DNA of 64,000 nucleotides from Nitrosopumilus sp. (GTDB lineage Archaea > Thermoproteota > Nitrososphaeria > Nitrososphaerales > Nitrosopumilaceae): NCBI GenBank assembly GCA_965224195.1, contig OZ245040.1, positions 1,792,001 through 1,856,000 of the forward strand, read 5' to 3'. Positions 8,587 through 18,156 of this stretch are shown here, in pieces. Under the pieces are notes generated by a model. It made no database searches. It was not told the DNA's origin and worked only from the letters and a program-made list of their open reading frames with translations. The stretch's first letter is position 1. The number at the start of each line of letters is the position of its first letter. Both the position numbers and the translations under genes were made by a program.

Positions 8587-11064
8587 ATGAGTTTGAATGA
8601 ACTTGTAGGTCAAAAATTTGGCAAGTATCAATTAAAACAAATATTGGGAGAGGGAGGATTTGGAGTTACGTTCAAAGCCATAGACGAAATACATGGAGAT
8701 GTTGCAATTAAAATCATTAAATCTGCAAATGATCCAGAATGGAAAAAAGAGGCAGAAAAAGCTGCTAGATTAAGAGACATCCCACAAATTGCAACTGTTT
8801 TTGATATCGGACAGGAGAAATTTGAAATAAATGGACAAGAGACATTATTGAATTTTATTGTTTGGGAATATGTAGAAGGCATCACATTAGCATCCATTTT
8901 GGAAAAAAATAATTCCATATCAACCACACTAATTTCTGATTTAGCAGAAGAATTATGTTTAGCAATTAAAGGCATGCAAGAAATTGGTGTAGAGCATGGA
9001 GATCTTCATGCTAATAATATTATTTTAATACCTCCAAAAAATTGGTCACCAGATCAAAAATATCGTTTGAAAATTGTTGATTTTGGATTAGCAAAATCAT
9101 TTCGTGGAGATAAATACATTCTAGATATGGATTATCTTGCATCTCATCTTAAATCATGTTGGGATCTAAATCAAAAATATGCGGGAGAACTTTTAGTTCC
9201 AGATAAAAAATTTCAGGAAATGTTGACAGATTTAGTAGGCAGATTAACTGATCAAAACATAGAACGAAGGCTAAATGATCCAATTGACGCCATCAATAGA
9301 ATATATCAAATGGAAGAAGAATCTTCCGAAGATTCATTTTTTAAGAAAATCAAGCTAGAACGCCCTTTTGAATATTTGAGTGTAGAAGAAATGCCTGAAA
9401 ATTCAGATCTAATTCAAAATTTGTATACAGATAATGTTCCATGGTTACAAGAAATTGAAGGATATGGAACCACAGTAATTTCAGGACCAAGAGGATCTGG
9501 TAAATCTATGATCTTAAAGAATATGAGATTACTAACTAAGGTTCGCTCCATGAATTTAACAAATTCGACAATAGATAAAGTAGATTATCTTGGTTTCTAT
9601 GTTCATTGTCAACATAACCTATACTTCCCTTTTGCAGGTTTAGGAGTTGAATTTGATGAAGAAACTTGCAATAAATTCATACATTATCTTAATTTACTTT
9701 TTACAGCAGAAATCTTAGAATCTTTAGTTATACTTGAAAAATTAAATATTTTAAATTTTTCTAATAATTCAAAAAATACCTTATCTGAATTTCTCCATGA
9801 ACGTATATTTCAAAATGAAAATAATCTATTTTTGTCATCAAGAAATCTTTTTAGTCAATGTAAATCATTAATTGAAAAAGAGATTTTATTATCTCAGAAA
9901 AAAATTCAGAAAAAAGAATTAATTCCAAAACAAACTTCTGTAAGTTATATTCAAAATCTTTTACAGATTTTAGATAACATGTCAGATTTTTTTAAAAACA
10001 AACCAGTCTATTTATTATTAGACGATTATTCCCATCCCAAAGTTGAATATAATCTTCAAAAATCTATTAATCGAATTATAGGTTTTAGAAATAATAGATT
10101 TTGTTTTAAAATTACTAGTGAGAAATTTGGTTTTATTCAAGAAGATCAAGATGGTAAAACATTACAACAAGATAGAGAATTTTCTTATGTAGATCTTGGA
10201 GCACGTTATATCAAAGCCAGTAAACCTGAAAAAAAACAGTTTATTGGAAATATTATTGAAAAAAGGTTGACAAGATCAGGTTATGATTTATCAGTAGAAG
10301 AATTTTTTGGGAGAAAAACGTTCAAAGGTAAAATTGCCAATCAGCTTATCAAAGAAAGAAAAAAAGGTACATCAGAACACAAATCTCGTTTTGAATATGC
10401 AGGATTCAAGATGATTTTTAGATTATGTATGGGTGATGTAAGCACAATTCTACAACTCTGTAAAGAAATCTATCTTGAGGCAAAAAATCAAAATAAGGAT
10501 TTATCCAATGGAATATCGTCAAAAATTCAAGATGAAGTAATTCGAAGATTCTCCCATAGACGTCTTGAAATGATTAAAGAAATTCCAAGCTACGGCATGG
10601 AATTATATAATTTAGTTAATTCATTTGGAAATATTTCTAAAAGCTATCTTCATGAATACGAAAAAGCAGAGAAAATATCTTCATTCTTAGAAGTTTTACG
10701 TATAGAATTAACTGAAAATACCGATTGTTTGTGTGATCATTCAGAAAATCTCTACAAACAACTCATCACAAATCATATTTTCTTAGATGGTGGAGGTACA
10801 TATCCATGGGGAAGAGGAATCCCCAATCTTAAATTAATTTTAAGACCAATTTTCACCCCTGCACTAAAAATTAGTTATAGTGATAGATACACCGTTAGAA
10901 TTGGATGTAAATCTTTTGAAAAATATTTAATTAAACCTAATGAATTTGAACAAAATGGTACTTCCTTTTTGAGGAAATTAGCTCACGGCCAAGAAACACT
11001 AGTTCCAGAAGAATTTTCGATTGAAGAAATTGTTTCCGAGACAATGGATGATGAAGATGATTGA
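8587..11064 (+). CDS. Ser/Thr protein kinase fused to a P-loop ATPase (ORC/CDC6- or STAND-like)
   Basis: Kinase motifs LGEGGFG, VAIK, EAE, HGDLHANN and DFG in aa ~15-170. Walker A GPRGSGKS and Walker B YLLLDD follow, then a helical C-terminus. Confidence 0.85.
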   Translation: MSLNELVGQKFGKYQLKQILGEGGFGVTFKAIDEIHGDVAIKIIKSANDPEWKKEAEKAARLRDIPQIATVFDIGQEKFEINGQETLLNFIVWEYVEGITLASILEKNNSISTTLISDLAEELCLAIKGMQEIGVEHGDLHANNIILIPPKNWSPDQKYRLKIVDFGLAKSFRGDKYILDMDYLASHLKSCWDLNQKYAGELLVPDKKFQEMLTDLVGRLTDQNIERRLNDPIDAINRIYQMEEESSEDSFFKKIKLERPFEYLSVEEMPENSDLIQNLYTDNVPWLQEIEGYGTTVISGPRGSGKSMILKNMRLLTKVRSMNLTNSTIDKVDYLGFYVHCQHNLYFPFAGLGVEFDEETCNKFIHYLNLLFTAEILESLVILEKLNILNFSNNSKNTLSEFLHERIFQNENNLFLSSRNLFSQCKSLIEKEILLSQKKIQKKELIPKQTSVSYIQNLLQILDNMSDFFKNKPVYLLLDDYSHPKVEYNLQKSINRIIGFRNNRFCFKITSEKFGFIQEDQDGKTLQQDREFSYVDLGARYIKASKPEKKQFIGNIIEKRLTRSGYDLSVEEFFGRKTFKGKIANQLIKERKKGTSEHKSRFEYAGFKMIFRLCMGDVSTILQLCKEIYLEAKNQNKDLSNGISSKIQDEVIRRFSHRRLEMIKEIPSYGMELYNLVNSFGNISKSYLHEYEKAEKISSFLEVLRIELTENTDCLCDHSENLYKQLITNHIFLDGGGTYPWGRGIPNLKLILRPIFTPALKISYSDRYTVRIGCKSFEKYLIKPNEFEQNGTSFLRKLAHGQETLVPEEFSIEEIVSETMDDEDD

Positions 11065-12034
11065 ATACCCTAAATATTTAGAAATTAACGAATTCTCAAA
11101 TACAGAAGATTTGTACATATGTGCATTAGGATTTGAAGATAGAAGTTTTGGTAGCAATAATGCATTAAAAGAAAAAAATTTTAAAACAAAAAAAACTTTG
11201 GTTATCAATTACGATTCATATATACAAAATAATGAAAAGGATAAACAACAATTAGAAAAAATATGGCATGATTTCAGTGAAGACGTTCAATATGTTGATC
11301 ATATTTCAGATAATAGAATTCAAAGTATTCAAAATCTGTTAAACGTACTAGAATCATTAAAATCAGAATCAAAAAATGTCACCATCAACATATCTAGTTT
11401 CAAAACTCATGTTCAAATATGGTTGTTAAATTATGCATTTGATAATTTTGAAAATACACGAATCATATACACTGAACCTAATGATTATGGGGATCAATCT
11501 CAAAGTGAAAATGTATACGCATCAGGAGTTAAAGAGATTTTTACAATGCCTGATTTCTCAGGAGCCATACTACCTGGGTATAGTTCACTTTTAGTAATTT
11601 TTCTGGGGTATGATTTTGTTAGAGCAGGAGGCACATACGAACACATTCAGCCATCAAAAAAAATAGGCATTATGGGTGAACCCAATACAATAGGGTTAGA
11701 AAACAGATTTGAAAAGATCAAATCTAAACATCAATTGAATTTTGGCAGTCTTGATGAAATATTGAAAATATCAATATTTGATTTAAAAAAATTAATTGAA
11801 AAATTAGATGAAATTCGTTTTACAAATATTGAAACCTGTAATATCTCATTTGCATTAAATGGAAGTAAATTACATTCAATAGCAGCAATTTTGTTTGCTA
11901 AAAAATTCAAAGATATTCAAGTAGTAATGTCAACCCCAACTTCATATTTTCCTGAAAATTTTTCTAAAGGAGTGAATAGAACATTTGAGTTAACAATCAA
12001 TAAAGAATGGTTAAAAGAATTTCAAAAAAAATAA
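11057..12034 (+). CDS. ATPase-associated protein, possible tandem CARF-like Rossmann domains
   Basis: ATG at 11057 overlaps the kinase-ATPase stop. Two similar halves: YICALGFEDRS...INISSF..YTEP and LVIFLGYDFVR...FALNGSKLHS..STP. Confidence 0.6.
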   Translation: MIEYPKYLEINEFSNTEDLYICALGFEDRSFGSNNALKEKNFKTKKTLVINYDSYIQNNEKDKQQLEKIWHDFSEDVQYVDHISDNRIQSIQNLLNVLESLKSESKNVTINISSFKTHVQIWLLNYAFDNFENTRIIYTEPNDYGDQSQSENVYASGVKEIFTMPDFSGAILPGYSSLLVIFLGYDFVRAGGTYEHIQPSKKIGIMGEPNTIGLENRFEKIKSKHQLNFGSLDEILKISIFDLKKLIEKLDEIRFTNIETCNISFALNGSKLHSIAAILFAKKFKDIQVVMSTPTSYFPENFSKGVNRTFELTINKEWLKEFQKK

Positions 12035-12085
12035 ATTACTAACTATATCATAATACATTCGGAATCAAAGGATTGAAAAAGAAGG

Positions 12086-12640
12086 TTATAATTTTTGCTT
12101 ATTTTTTTCTATTAGTTTTTCTATCTGTTTGAAAAGATCTGCGTCTGTCAAGAACACCGAATTGGATTCCAATATAGATTCCACAGAAAGATAATATTCA
12201 AACATAGGTTTATCATTTTGCATGATTTCTAAAACAATACTTGCCTGCTGATTTAATTTAGAATTATTAGTATACTTGTTTTTCAATTTTCTACGCTTTC
12301 TTTCCATTGAAACAAGAACATGAAAAGCTCTATGATGATTAGGACATAAATTTACTAAATTTTCTAGTTCATCAGTTCCGCCAAATTTTTTTGGAATAAT
12401 ATGATGGATGTCAGAAATTGGTTATTTACAAATTTTACAAGGTTGTCCCATTAATTCATCCAGGAATTGTTCATCATAACTTACCGCATGATAATCTATT
12501 TCAACACTACATTTTTTACAAAAATGCACAATTCCTGTTTTTAATTCATAATCTTTTTCAGGCATCGTAGTAGAGAATAAGGTCTTACAAGTAGGGCATT
12601 TTCCTTCTAAATGAACAATAGTTAATCTATTTTTTGTCAT
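12086..12640 (-). pseudogene. Zn-finger/HNH endonuclease interrupted by an in-frame TAA (12422-12424)
   Basis: Read-through gives ...CKICK*PISDIHHIIPKKFGGTDELENLVNLCPNHHRAFHVLVSMERKRRK..., joining ORFs 12422-12724 and 12086-12307 in one frame. Confidence 0.85.
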
Positions 12641-12736
12641 TATCAACAACAACCCCAATATCATATTAAAAGAAAATTTTGATTCTTTAATTACATAGAA
12701 TTGAACTAAACAAGTAATTCTCATTAAAAAAACTAA

Positions 12737-14257
12737 TTATAAAATAATTTTATTCAATTTTGTACTTGTGACATCATTCAACCAAAAATAATAAATATTT
12801 TTGTAAATTGATATCAAAGGATAGTCATGAGTTATAATTAACCCAAAAACTTTCTTGTTTGAAACAGTTGCTAAATCTAAATTTTCAAGATTGCTTTGGA
12901 CATAATTGATTTTTTCAGGTAAGCTTTTGATGTTTTTTATTATACGTTCTCCATCCTTTGTTGCTCTTTTTTTACCATCCACAATTCCTTTTAAATCAAA
13001 AATCATAATCTTTTTTACATTGGAAGATTCTACTTCAGGTGGTAATCGTCGATTTTTAACTTCTATAACAAAACAATAATCATCTTTGATTGCAATTCCA
13101 TCTATTTCTAAAGTGGGGGACTTGTAATCATCTTTAACATTTGGAATATATTTGAATCCTAAGTTTTCAAATTTTTCTTGAACCTTGCTTTCAAATAAAA
13201 CACCACGCCTTCCTGTTTCATCGTCAAAAATATCTTTTGTAATTACAGCATGTAACAATATGTACAAAATCGCTACAAATCCTTGAGAAAGAAAAACAGA
13301 ATCACGATCCCAGATATTTCTTAAAACCAAGGGGAATGCAGATTCATTTCCAGGTTCGAACAAAATTGTTTTCCGCACTACAGGAAGTGATTTTTTAAAA
13401 TATTTCCTGCACCGATTTAAGAAAGGATCTGTATCATCTTCTGTTAGAGCTCCATCCAATCTAGGAAATTCATTAAAAAACTGTATTATCCTAGAAGGAT
13501 CACTAGAGAGATTTGAAAGACTTCGTAAATCAAAGGTTTCAGAAAAAAGTTCGTTCCTAAGTAAAGCCATGTATAAGTCACTAATGGTTTCATAATTTCT
13601 TTGAATGAATTGTTCTCGACTCATAAACTGAGTTTTGTGGTTTTCGTTTTTGATTTTTTCAAATTCTGCTGCATTTTCTTTAAATTTTTTCTCGGCATCT
13701 TTACGAGCATACAAATTATAATTTTCATAGCTTTTTTTGAGTTTCAAATATTCTTCTGTTTGTATAATTTTAAAATTTGATAGAAATTCATCATCAGATA
13801 AAGTCGAAATTTCAAATTCATCATCATATGTCATTTGAGCATAGCAAGAATCAATTAAGATCACATCAGTTTCAAATTTTTTTGTTTCGTTAAATAATTT
13901 GATTATAGGTTCTGCTTTTGCAATACTATCAACCAGGTAATTGCCATCAGGATTTCCTTCTTGCATAACACGTTTTAAAAACAATGTATCAGAAAATAAT
14001 GAATCAATATCAATCAACCCTAATTTTTTCCAAAAATCCCTAGCCACAAATTCTCGATGTCTAAAAATGTGTAAAAGTAATGATTTTTGTTGAATTTTTT
14101 GTAATTCATTTTTCCATATTTTTTGAAAAATTTGTTTTCTCTTACATGCTATGATAGAAGCAGTGATGGAATCAAGTATTTTCAAATTATCACATTTTGG
14201 ACAGGTCACTTTACTCTCAAGTTCAACCATTACTGAATCACAGAGTGGACAAGTCAT
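12737..14257 (-). CDS. Zn-ribbon plus C-terminal PD-(D/E)xK (NERD-like) nuclease
   Basis: N-terminal CPLC..CPKC; C-terminal GVLFE...EIDGIAI....FVIEVK. Confidence 0.75.
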   Translation of the reverse strand: MTCPLCDSVMVELESKVTCPKCDNLKILDSITASIIACKRKQIFQKIWKNELQKIQQKSLLLHIFRHREFVARDFWKKLGLIDIDSLFSDTLFLKRVMQEGNPDGNYLVDSIAKAEPIIKLFNETKKFETDVILIDSCYAQMTYDDEFEISTLSDDEFLSNFKIIQTEEYLKLKKSYENYNLYARKDAEKKFKENAAEFEKIKNENHKTQFMSREQFIQRNYETISDLYMALLRNELFSETFDLRSLSNLSSDPSRIIQFFNEFPRLDGALTEDDTDPFLNRCRKYFKKSLPVVRKTILFEPGNESAFPLVLRNIWDRDSVFLSQGFVAILYILLHAVITKDIFDDETGRRGVLFESKVQEKFENLGFKYIPNVKDDYKSPTLEIDGIAIKDDYCFVIEVKNRRLPPEVESSNVKKIMIFDLKGIVDGKKRATKDGERIIKNIKSLPEKINYVQSNLENLDLATVSNKKVFGLIITHDYPLISIYKNIYYFWLNDVTSTKLNKIIL

Positions 14258-14383
14258 ATCTCAACCTCATTTTTTTAGAGTTCACATTATTTTCCATACG
14301 TTTTGCAAACAAAAACATTTAGTTCGTCAAGGTCCTCAAAACAAAGAGCACTTCTTACATTTCTGGATCAACATTCCCTAGTT

Positions 14384-14423
14384 TAGAGACTTGGACCAAT
14401 TAGACAATTCCCCTTAAGAGAAT
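14384..14423. repeat. Diverged direct repeat, copy 1
   Basis: 34/40 identical to 15694-15733 by hand alignment. Confidence 0.7.
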
Positions 14424-14443
14424 AATCTATTTTTTAACGTATG

Positions 14444-14878
14444 CTAATTATGATGAAGTTTCTCTAAGCCTTCTGCTTCAGTTCTAAAAGTTTCTGAACA
14501 AATAACTTTGAATTCTTCTTCAGGAATATCAGAATCTAGATCACAGCAAGTATAAAATTTAGTTTTGTTATTTTCAAGAGGAGTTACTTTTTGGGTCACA
14601 ACTGCATGGAGAAAAGAAGGAACTGTGTCTATAACTTTGAATTTTAAGGTCTTTTGAGAATCATCAAGAAACTCTATTCTTTCCGTCATTTCGTGTTTGC
14701 TTCCATCATCCATTTCAGCCTTAATGTGACGGGTTGCACCAATGCCACTTCCTTCCAATGTACTACTTTTCATTACTGGAATGTATGTTTCCACACCTGC
14801 AAAACTTTGTAATGTTTCCCAGACTTTGTCTGCAGAGGCATCAATCACAAATGTTCCTTCAGCAAATAATTTTGTCAT
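14444..14878 (-). CDS. SRPBCC / polyketide cyclase-like (START fold) protein
   Basis: IDASADKVWE.L..F.....YIP...S..EGSGIGATR...ERI..LD pattern. Confidence 0.85.
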   Translation of the reverse strand: MTKLFAEGTFVIDASADKVWETLQSFAGVETYIPVMKSSTLEGSGIGATRHIKAEMDDGSKHEMTERIEFLDDSQKTLKFKVIDTVPSFLHAVVTQKVTPLENNKTKFYTCCDLDSDIPEEEFKVICSETFRTEAEGLEKLHHN

Positions 14879-14984
14879 ATCAGTTCACTTACTTTTGAAT
14901 TCATATTGTTTTCGTTAATAGTGTTTTTCCAAATTATAATTCCGAATACTAATATTGTAAAATCAGTCTATTATCGGCATACAA

Positions 14985-15626
14985 ATGAAACAAGTTTATG
15001 AAGATCTTTGGGAAACAGACATGGAAACAAGATTTGGCACTTTGCAGAGTCACGCATATTTTCTGGAGAGAAAAGAGAATGGAAATGTTCTATTTTACAC
15101 AGCCAATAGTAGAGAAGAATTAAGAGAGATTACAAAAAAAGGAGGCATAGATTATCAGTATATGAGTCACTCTCATGAAGTAGATGATTCATTATCGGTT
15201 GTCAAAGAAGAGTTAAAATCAAAATTATGTTGTGACGCACTTGTCAAACCATATTTTAAAGACTCTATTTCGGCGGACATTTATTTTTCAAAACAGGATC
15301 AGGAAATTCACTCAAATAACATAGAAGTGATACATACGAAAGGTCATACCAACAACAGTGTTTGTTATTTGTATAAATCCCCACATGGAAAAAATTACTT
15401 GTTTGTTGGAGATACAATCTACTTGGATAATGGCAAATGGAACGCATTTGTATTCCAAGGAGATGGAGGTAACAGAGAAGATCTCATCAAAAGTTTGAAT
15501 ATTATCCGTTCAATTGACGTAGATGTTATAATTCCAAGCGTATCTGTAGGAGAATTTAAAATTCTTGAAACTACAAATGCTGAATGGGTGGCAATTATCG
15601 ATGATGTTTTAAAGAATATGCGGTAG
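14985..15626 (+). CDS. Metallo-beta-lactamase-fold hydrolase
   Basis: SHSHE, TKGHT and LFVGD motifs. Confidence 0.8.
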   Translation: MKQVYEDLWETDMETRFGTLQSHAYFLERKENGNVLFYTANSREELREITKKGGIDYQYMSHSHEVDDSLSVVKEELKSKLCCDALVKPYFKDSISADIYFSKQDQEIHSNNIEVIHTKGHTNNSVCYLYKSPHGKNYLFVGDTIYLDNGKWNAFVFQGDGGNREDLIKSLNIIRSIDVDVIIPSVSVGEFKILETTNAEWVAIIDDVLKNMR

Positions 15627-15693
15627 AATGGTCATGTCACAATAATAAGTTCCTCGAGCGAGATTTACAAAATTAGTTTGGTACTCCAACATG

Positions 15694-15733
15694 TAGAGAG
15701 TTGAACCAATGAGACAATTCTCCTTGTGAGAAT
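15694..15733. repeat. Diverged direct repeat, copy 2
   Basis: 34/40 identical to 14384-14423; contains the hairpin AATTCTC-CTTGT-GAGAATT. Confidence 0.7.
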
Positions 15734-15887
15734 TATAAACTAATTTTAGCAGTATGACTAGTATCATTACAAATTGCTTCTAGCAATTTTCTTTCGAGGT
15801 TTTCCATATGAGAATCCCTACAAGATTGAGAACAAAATTTTGAATTATTCTCTTTAAAATAATGTTTGCAAGAGACACAAATTAGTT

Positions 15888-17723
15888 TCATAATTTTGTG
15901 ATATCCCTAGTAAAGAAAAGATCCACAAACCAATCTAATCCCACTCTAATTCGTTTTTCCATTACTGGAAGAGTTGACAAATAGTATTGTTTCCATACAA
16001 ACCAAGCTGCAAATCCAGTTAGATTAATGCCTAACATTTTTGCAACGCCATCACGTTTACCAATCTTTGCCATGGATCCTTTTGATGAATAATCAAAAAT
16101 AGAAAATGAATTATTCCCACGAACTGCAGATATCAAGTTTTTAGAGACAGTTTTTGCTTCCCTTATTGCATGTTGAGCAGTAGGAGGATATGGTTTACCT
16201 TTAGAATCCAAAATAAATGCACAATCACCTAGAGCAAATACATTAGAATATTTTGGCAATCTGAGATATTGATCAACAATGATTCTGCCAGATTTATCAT
16301 GTTCAGTGTCAAGAGATTTAACAAAATTTTGAGATTGATTTCCACCAGCCCATATCAACATAGAATAATGCAATGATGAATCATCACTCAAAGAAATATC
16401 AGAAGAATTTGCATCAGTTACTTTGGTATTGTAGAGTATTTTTACACCAGATTTTTCTAATGATTTTGCAGCATATTTTCCAAGAGACCCAATTTCAGGC
16501 AAAATATGATCTCTTGCAGCAATAAGATGTACTTGAATAGAATCAGATTCAATATTTCGATAGTATTTTTCTGCAGATTCTCTAATGAATTCATTAATTT
16601 CGCCTGCTGTTTCAACTCCTGAAAAGCCACCGCCAACTATAACAAATGACAGGAATTGAGCCTGATTTACGATTTCTTGCTGATCAGCTAACTCTAGCTG
16701 AGTAATAATCTGGTTTCGGATTATGCTTGCATCCTGTAGAGACTTGATTGTAACAGAATATTTTTCCAAATTTTCATTACCAAAAAATCCAGTCTTTGTT
16801 CCAGATGCAATTACTAGATAATCATAAGGAATTTGATTTTCCCCATTAACAGTACTAATTGTGACAGATTTTGTTTCCAAATTTACATTAGTCACTTTAG
16901 ATTGATAGAATCTAGCCCTTTTACAAAAATTTCGAATAGGTGTGGCAATATGTCTAGATTCAATAGTTCCAGTTGAAAGTTCTGGCAACATAGGAGTGTG
17001 AAGAAAATAATTATTTTCGGAAATTATAGAAATATCAACATCGATATCTTTTTCAAATCTTTTTTGTATTTTTTCTAATACTCCAACTCCAGCATATCCA
17101 CCACCCAAAATCACAATTTTTTGAGTATGAGGATGACTAGAAACATGGATGTATTGATAATGCTCCTCAAATATAGAGAGCTTTGAAAACTCAATATCAC
17201 ACTTATGGCATCTATACATCATTCCTTTTTTTGTAGTTAACACAGATGCTAAAACTCCAAGTGTTCCACCCCACAAAAAATGAGTTAGAAATGATTTTAG
17301 TAAAAATTCTTCAGAGAAAATAAAATTCAATGTTACAGTGTTGTTTAGTTCTGCCGTTACTGGTTGAATCCAAAAATATTGAACAGGAATGGTAAAAACA
17401 ACTGTAACTACAGCACCAGCAAGTATTCCAAATAACAACCCATTTGATATTTTTGAGATATTCAACATCTTTGTTTTGTAAAGAATAATTCCAACTACTA
17501 TTCCAATAATTGTAGCTACACCAAAATGTACAAAAACCCCAACCAAATAATCATTAGAACCCAAAGTTCTTGCAGCAATAATCCAAAACAAGTAAAATTC
17601 AGAATCAGTTACCGCATCTGAGAGGAAATTTGGAATAAACATTACAAATGCGCCTAAAATTGAGCCTAAAGTGATGAAAAACACCTCCTTTTTGATTGAA
17701 AAATCTACAATCAAAGATTTCAT
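15888..17723 (-). CDS. ndh: Type II NADH dehydrogenase-like FAD oxidoreductase with N-terminal membrane domain and C2H2-like finger
   Basis: GGGYAG, GGGFSGVETAGE, FALGDCA and PPTAQHA motifs; about 4 N-terminal TM helices; CHKC-x12-HYQYIH. Confidence 0.85.
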   Translation of the reverse strand: MKSLIVDFSIKKEVFFITLGSILGAFVMFIPNFLSDAVTDSEFYLFWIIAARTLGSNDYLVGVFVHFGVATIIGIVVGIILYKTKMLNISKISNGLLFGILAGAVVTVVFTIPVQYFWIQPVTAELNNTVTLNFIFSEEFLLKSFLTHFLWGGTLGVLASVLTTKKGMMYRCHKCDIEFSKLSIFEEHYQYIHVSSHPHTQKIVILGGGYAGVGVLEKIQKRFEKDIDVDISIISENNYFLHTPMLPELSTGTIESRHIATPIRNFCKRARFYQSKVTNVNLETKSVTISTVNGENQIPYDYLVIASGTKTGFFGNENLEKYSVTIKSLQDASIIRNQIITQLELADQQEIVNQAQFLSFVIVGGGFSGVETAGEINEFIRESAEKYYRNIESDSIQVHLIAARDHILPEIGSLGKYAAKSLEKSGVKILYNTKVTDANSSDISLSDDSSLHYSMLIWAGGNQSQNFVKSLDTEHDKSGRIIVDQYLRLPKYSNVFALGDCAFILDSKGKPYPPTAQHAIREAKTVSKNLISAVRGNNSFSIFDYSSKGSMAKIGKRDGVAKMLGINLTGFAAWFVWKQYYLSTLPVMEKRIRVGLDWFVDLFFTRDITKL

Positions 17724-18046
17724 GGTTTTCGCTCATCAAAATTAAAAACGTTCTTTGTGATATCAGTCAAGACATCATAATTCTCTTTGAATTTTGGAGA
17801 AATTACATATTCTTTATCATTTTTTATTAAAAATCCATCTTTCAATAATAATTTCAGATTATATTTTACATGATCATATGTCATGTGTGTTTCAATAGAT
17901 ATAGCACGAATTCTTTTTGGTTTGACACTTACAGAATTTATAATCTTAACTCGATGTGGTCCCGCTCTTGTTGAAAAAAACATTGGATAAATCCATTTTT
18001 TTAATTCATCATAGTTAGCAGAAGATAAAGAGTGCAATTCTGCCAT
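17720..18046 (-). CDS. Winged-helix (ArsR-like) regulator
   Basis: FFSTRAGPHRVKII...TYDHVKYNLKLL..GFL; 4-nt overlap with ndh. Confidence 0.75.
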   Translation of the reverse strand: MAELHSLSSANYDELKKWIYPMFFSTRAGPHRVKIINSVSVKPKRIRAISIETHMTYDHVKYNLKLLLKDGFLIKNDKEYVISPKFKENYDVLTDITKNVFNFDERKP

Positions 18047-18156
18047 TAAATAATTAAAAAATTTATCAGTATTAACTAAAGTTCCAAATCAGACCCCAAT
18101 GAAAAATAATTTTGCAGCATACAGTAAACTAGAATTAAAAAAATAAAAAAATTGGA

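Noticed and set aside
14151-14381. 76-aa plus-strand ORF
   Set aside because: Antisense to the nuclease gene start, with no motif.
14384-15733. CRISPR array or integron attC sites
   Set aside because: Only two diverged copies 1.3 kb apart; no cas genes, no clear RYYYAAC/GTTRRRY ends, and nothing identifies the integrase as IntI-type.
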